DNA of 63,878 nt, the filler included, from Octopus bimaculoides (Eukaryota): NCBI RefSeq assembly GCF_001194135.2. It is 7 parts of 6 records of this genome, joined end to end, with 100 filler letters (N's around TTAATTAATTAA, not from the genome) between each part and the next. Parts side by side here need not be neighbours in the genome. Positions count along the whole stretch, not along the records: positions 62,766 to 63,878 come from NC_068985.1; 6 more parts are not named here. The stretch is one strand, 5' to 3'. The notes under the pieces are model-generated. The model saw only the letters and a program-made list of their open reading frames with translations, was not told where the DNA came from and did no database searches. Positions within the stretch are counted from its first letter, which is position 1; each line of letters begins with the position of its first letter. Shown here one piece after another: positions 63,815 through 63,878 of this stretch. The translations under genes and the position numbers were made by a program.

Positions 63815-63878
<64 letters not shown>

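Overview
AT-rich, repeat-dominated eukaryotic genomic DNA from a gappy draft assembly. The SINE, mariner and LINE families and the dense (TA)n/(CA)n/(GA)n microsatellites look like a coleoid cephalopod, probably Octopus (recognition from memory, not a database search). I could not confidently identify any host protein-coding gene, tRNA, rRNA or CRISPR array. Almost every ORF in the supplied track is a microsatellite, an N-gap or a decayed transposon. Supported content: three tRNA-derived SINE families (many copies); three mariner remnants; Penelope-like element (PLE) fragments; RTE, CR1/L2-like, CRE-clade and R4/Dong-clade non-LTR remnants; a decayed Ty3/Gypsy element with PPT and 3' LTR; and six N44-TTAATTAATTAA-N44 artificial contig spacers. 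The strongest unannotated signal is a set of minimal type I hammerhead ribozyme (HHR) motifs. Six have intact CUGANGA and GAAA cores, at 13.3, 16.5, 17.1, 18.8, 19.2 and 62.0 kb, and about five more are variant or decayed. They belong to several unrelated sequence families. Two sit in a non-coding ~485 bp repeat arranged in tandem plus inverted copies (retrozyme/pseudo-LTR-like), and two form a fold-back attached to a PLE fragment. HHR-PLE association is known in general, so any novelty lies in these specific families. Also notable: several long hairpins, a CpG-depleted block whose edges coincide with contig spacers, and an unexplained decayed ORF-like tract at 20.7-22.4 kb. All alignments and foldings were done by eye.
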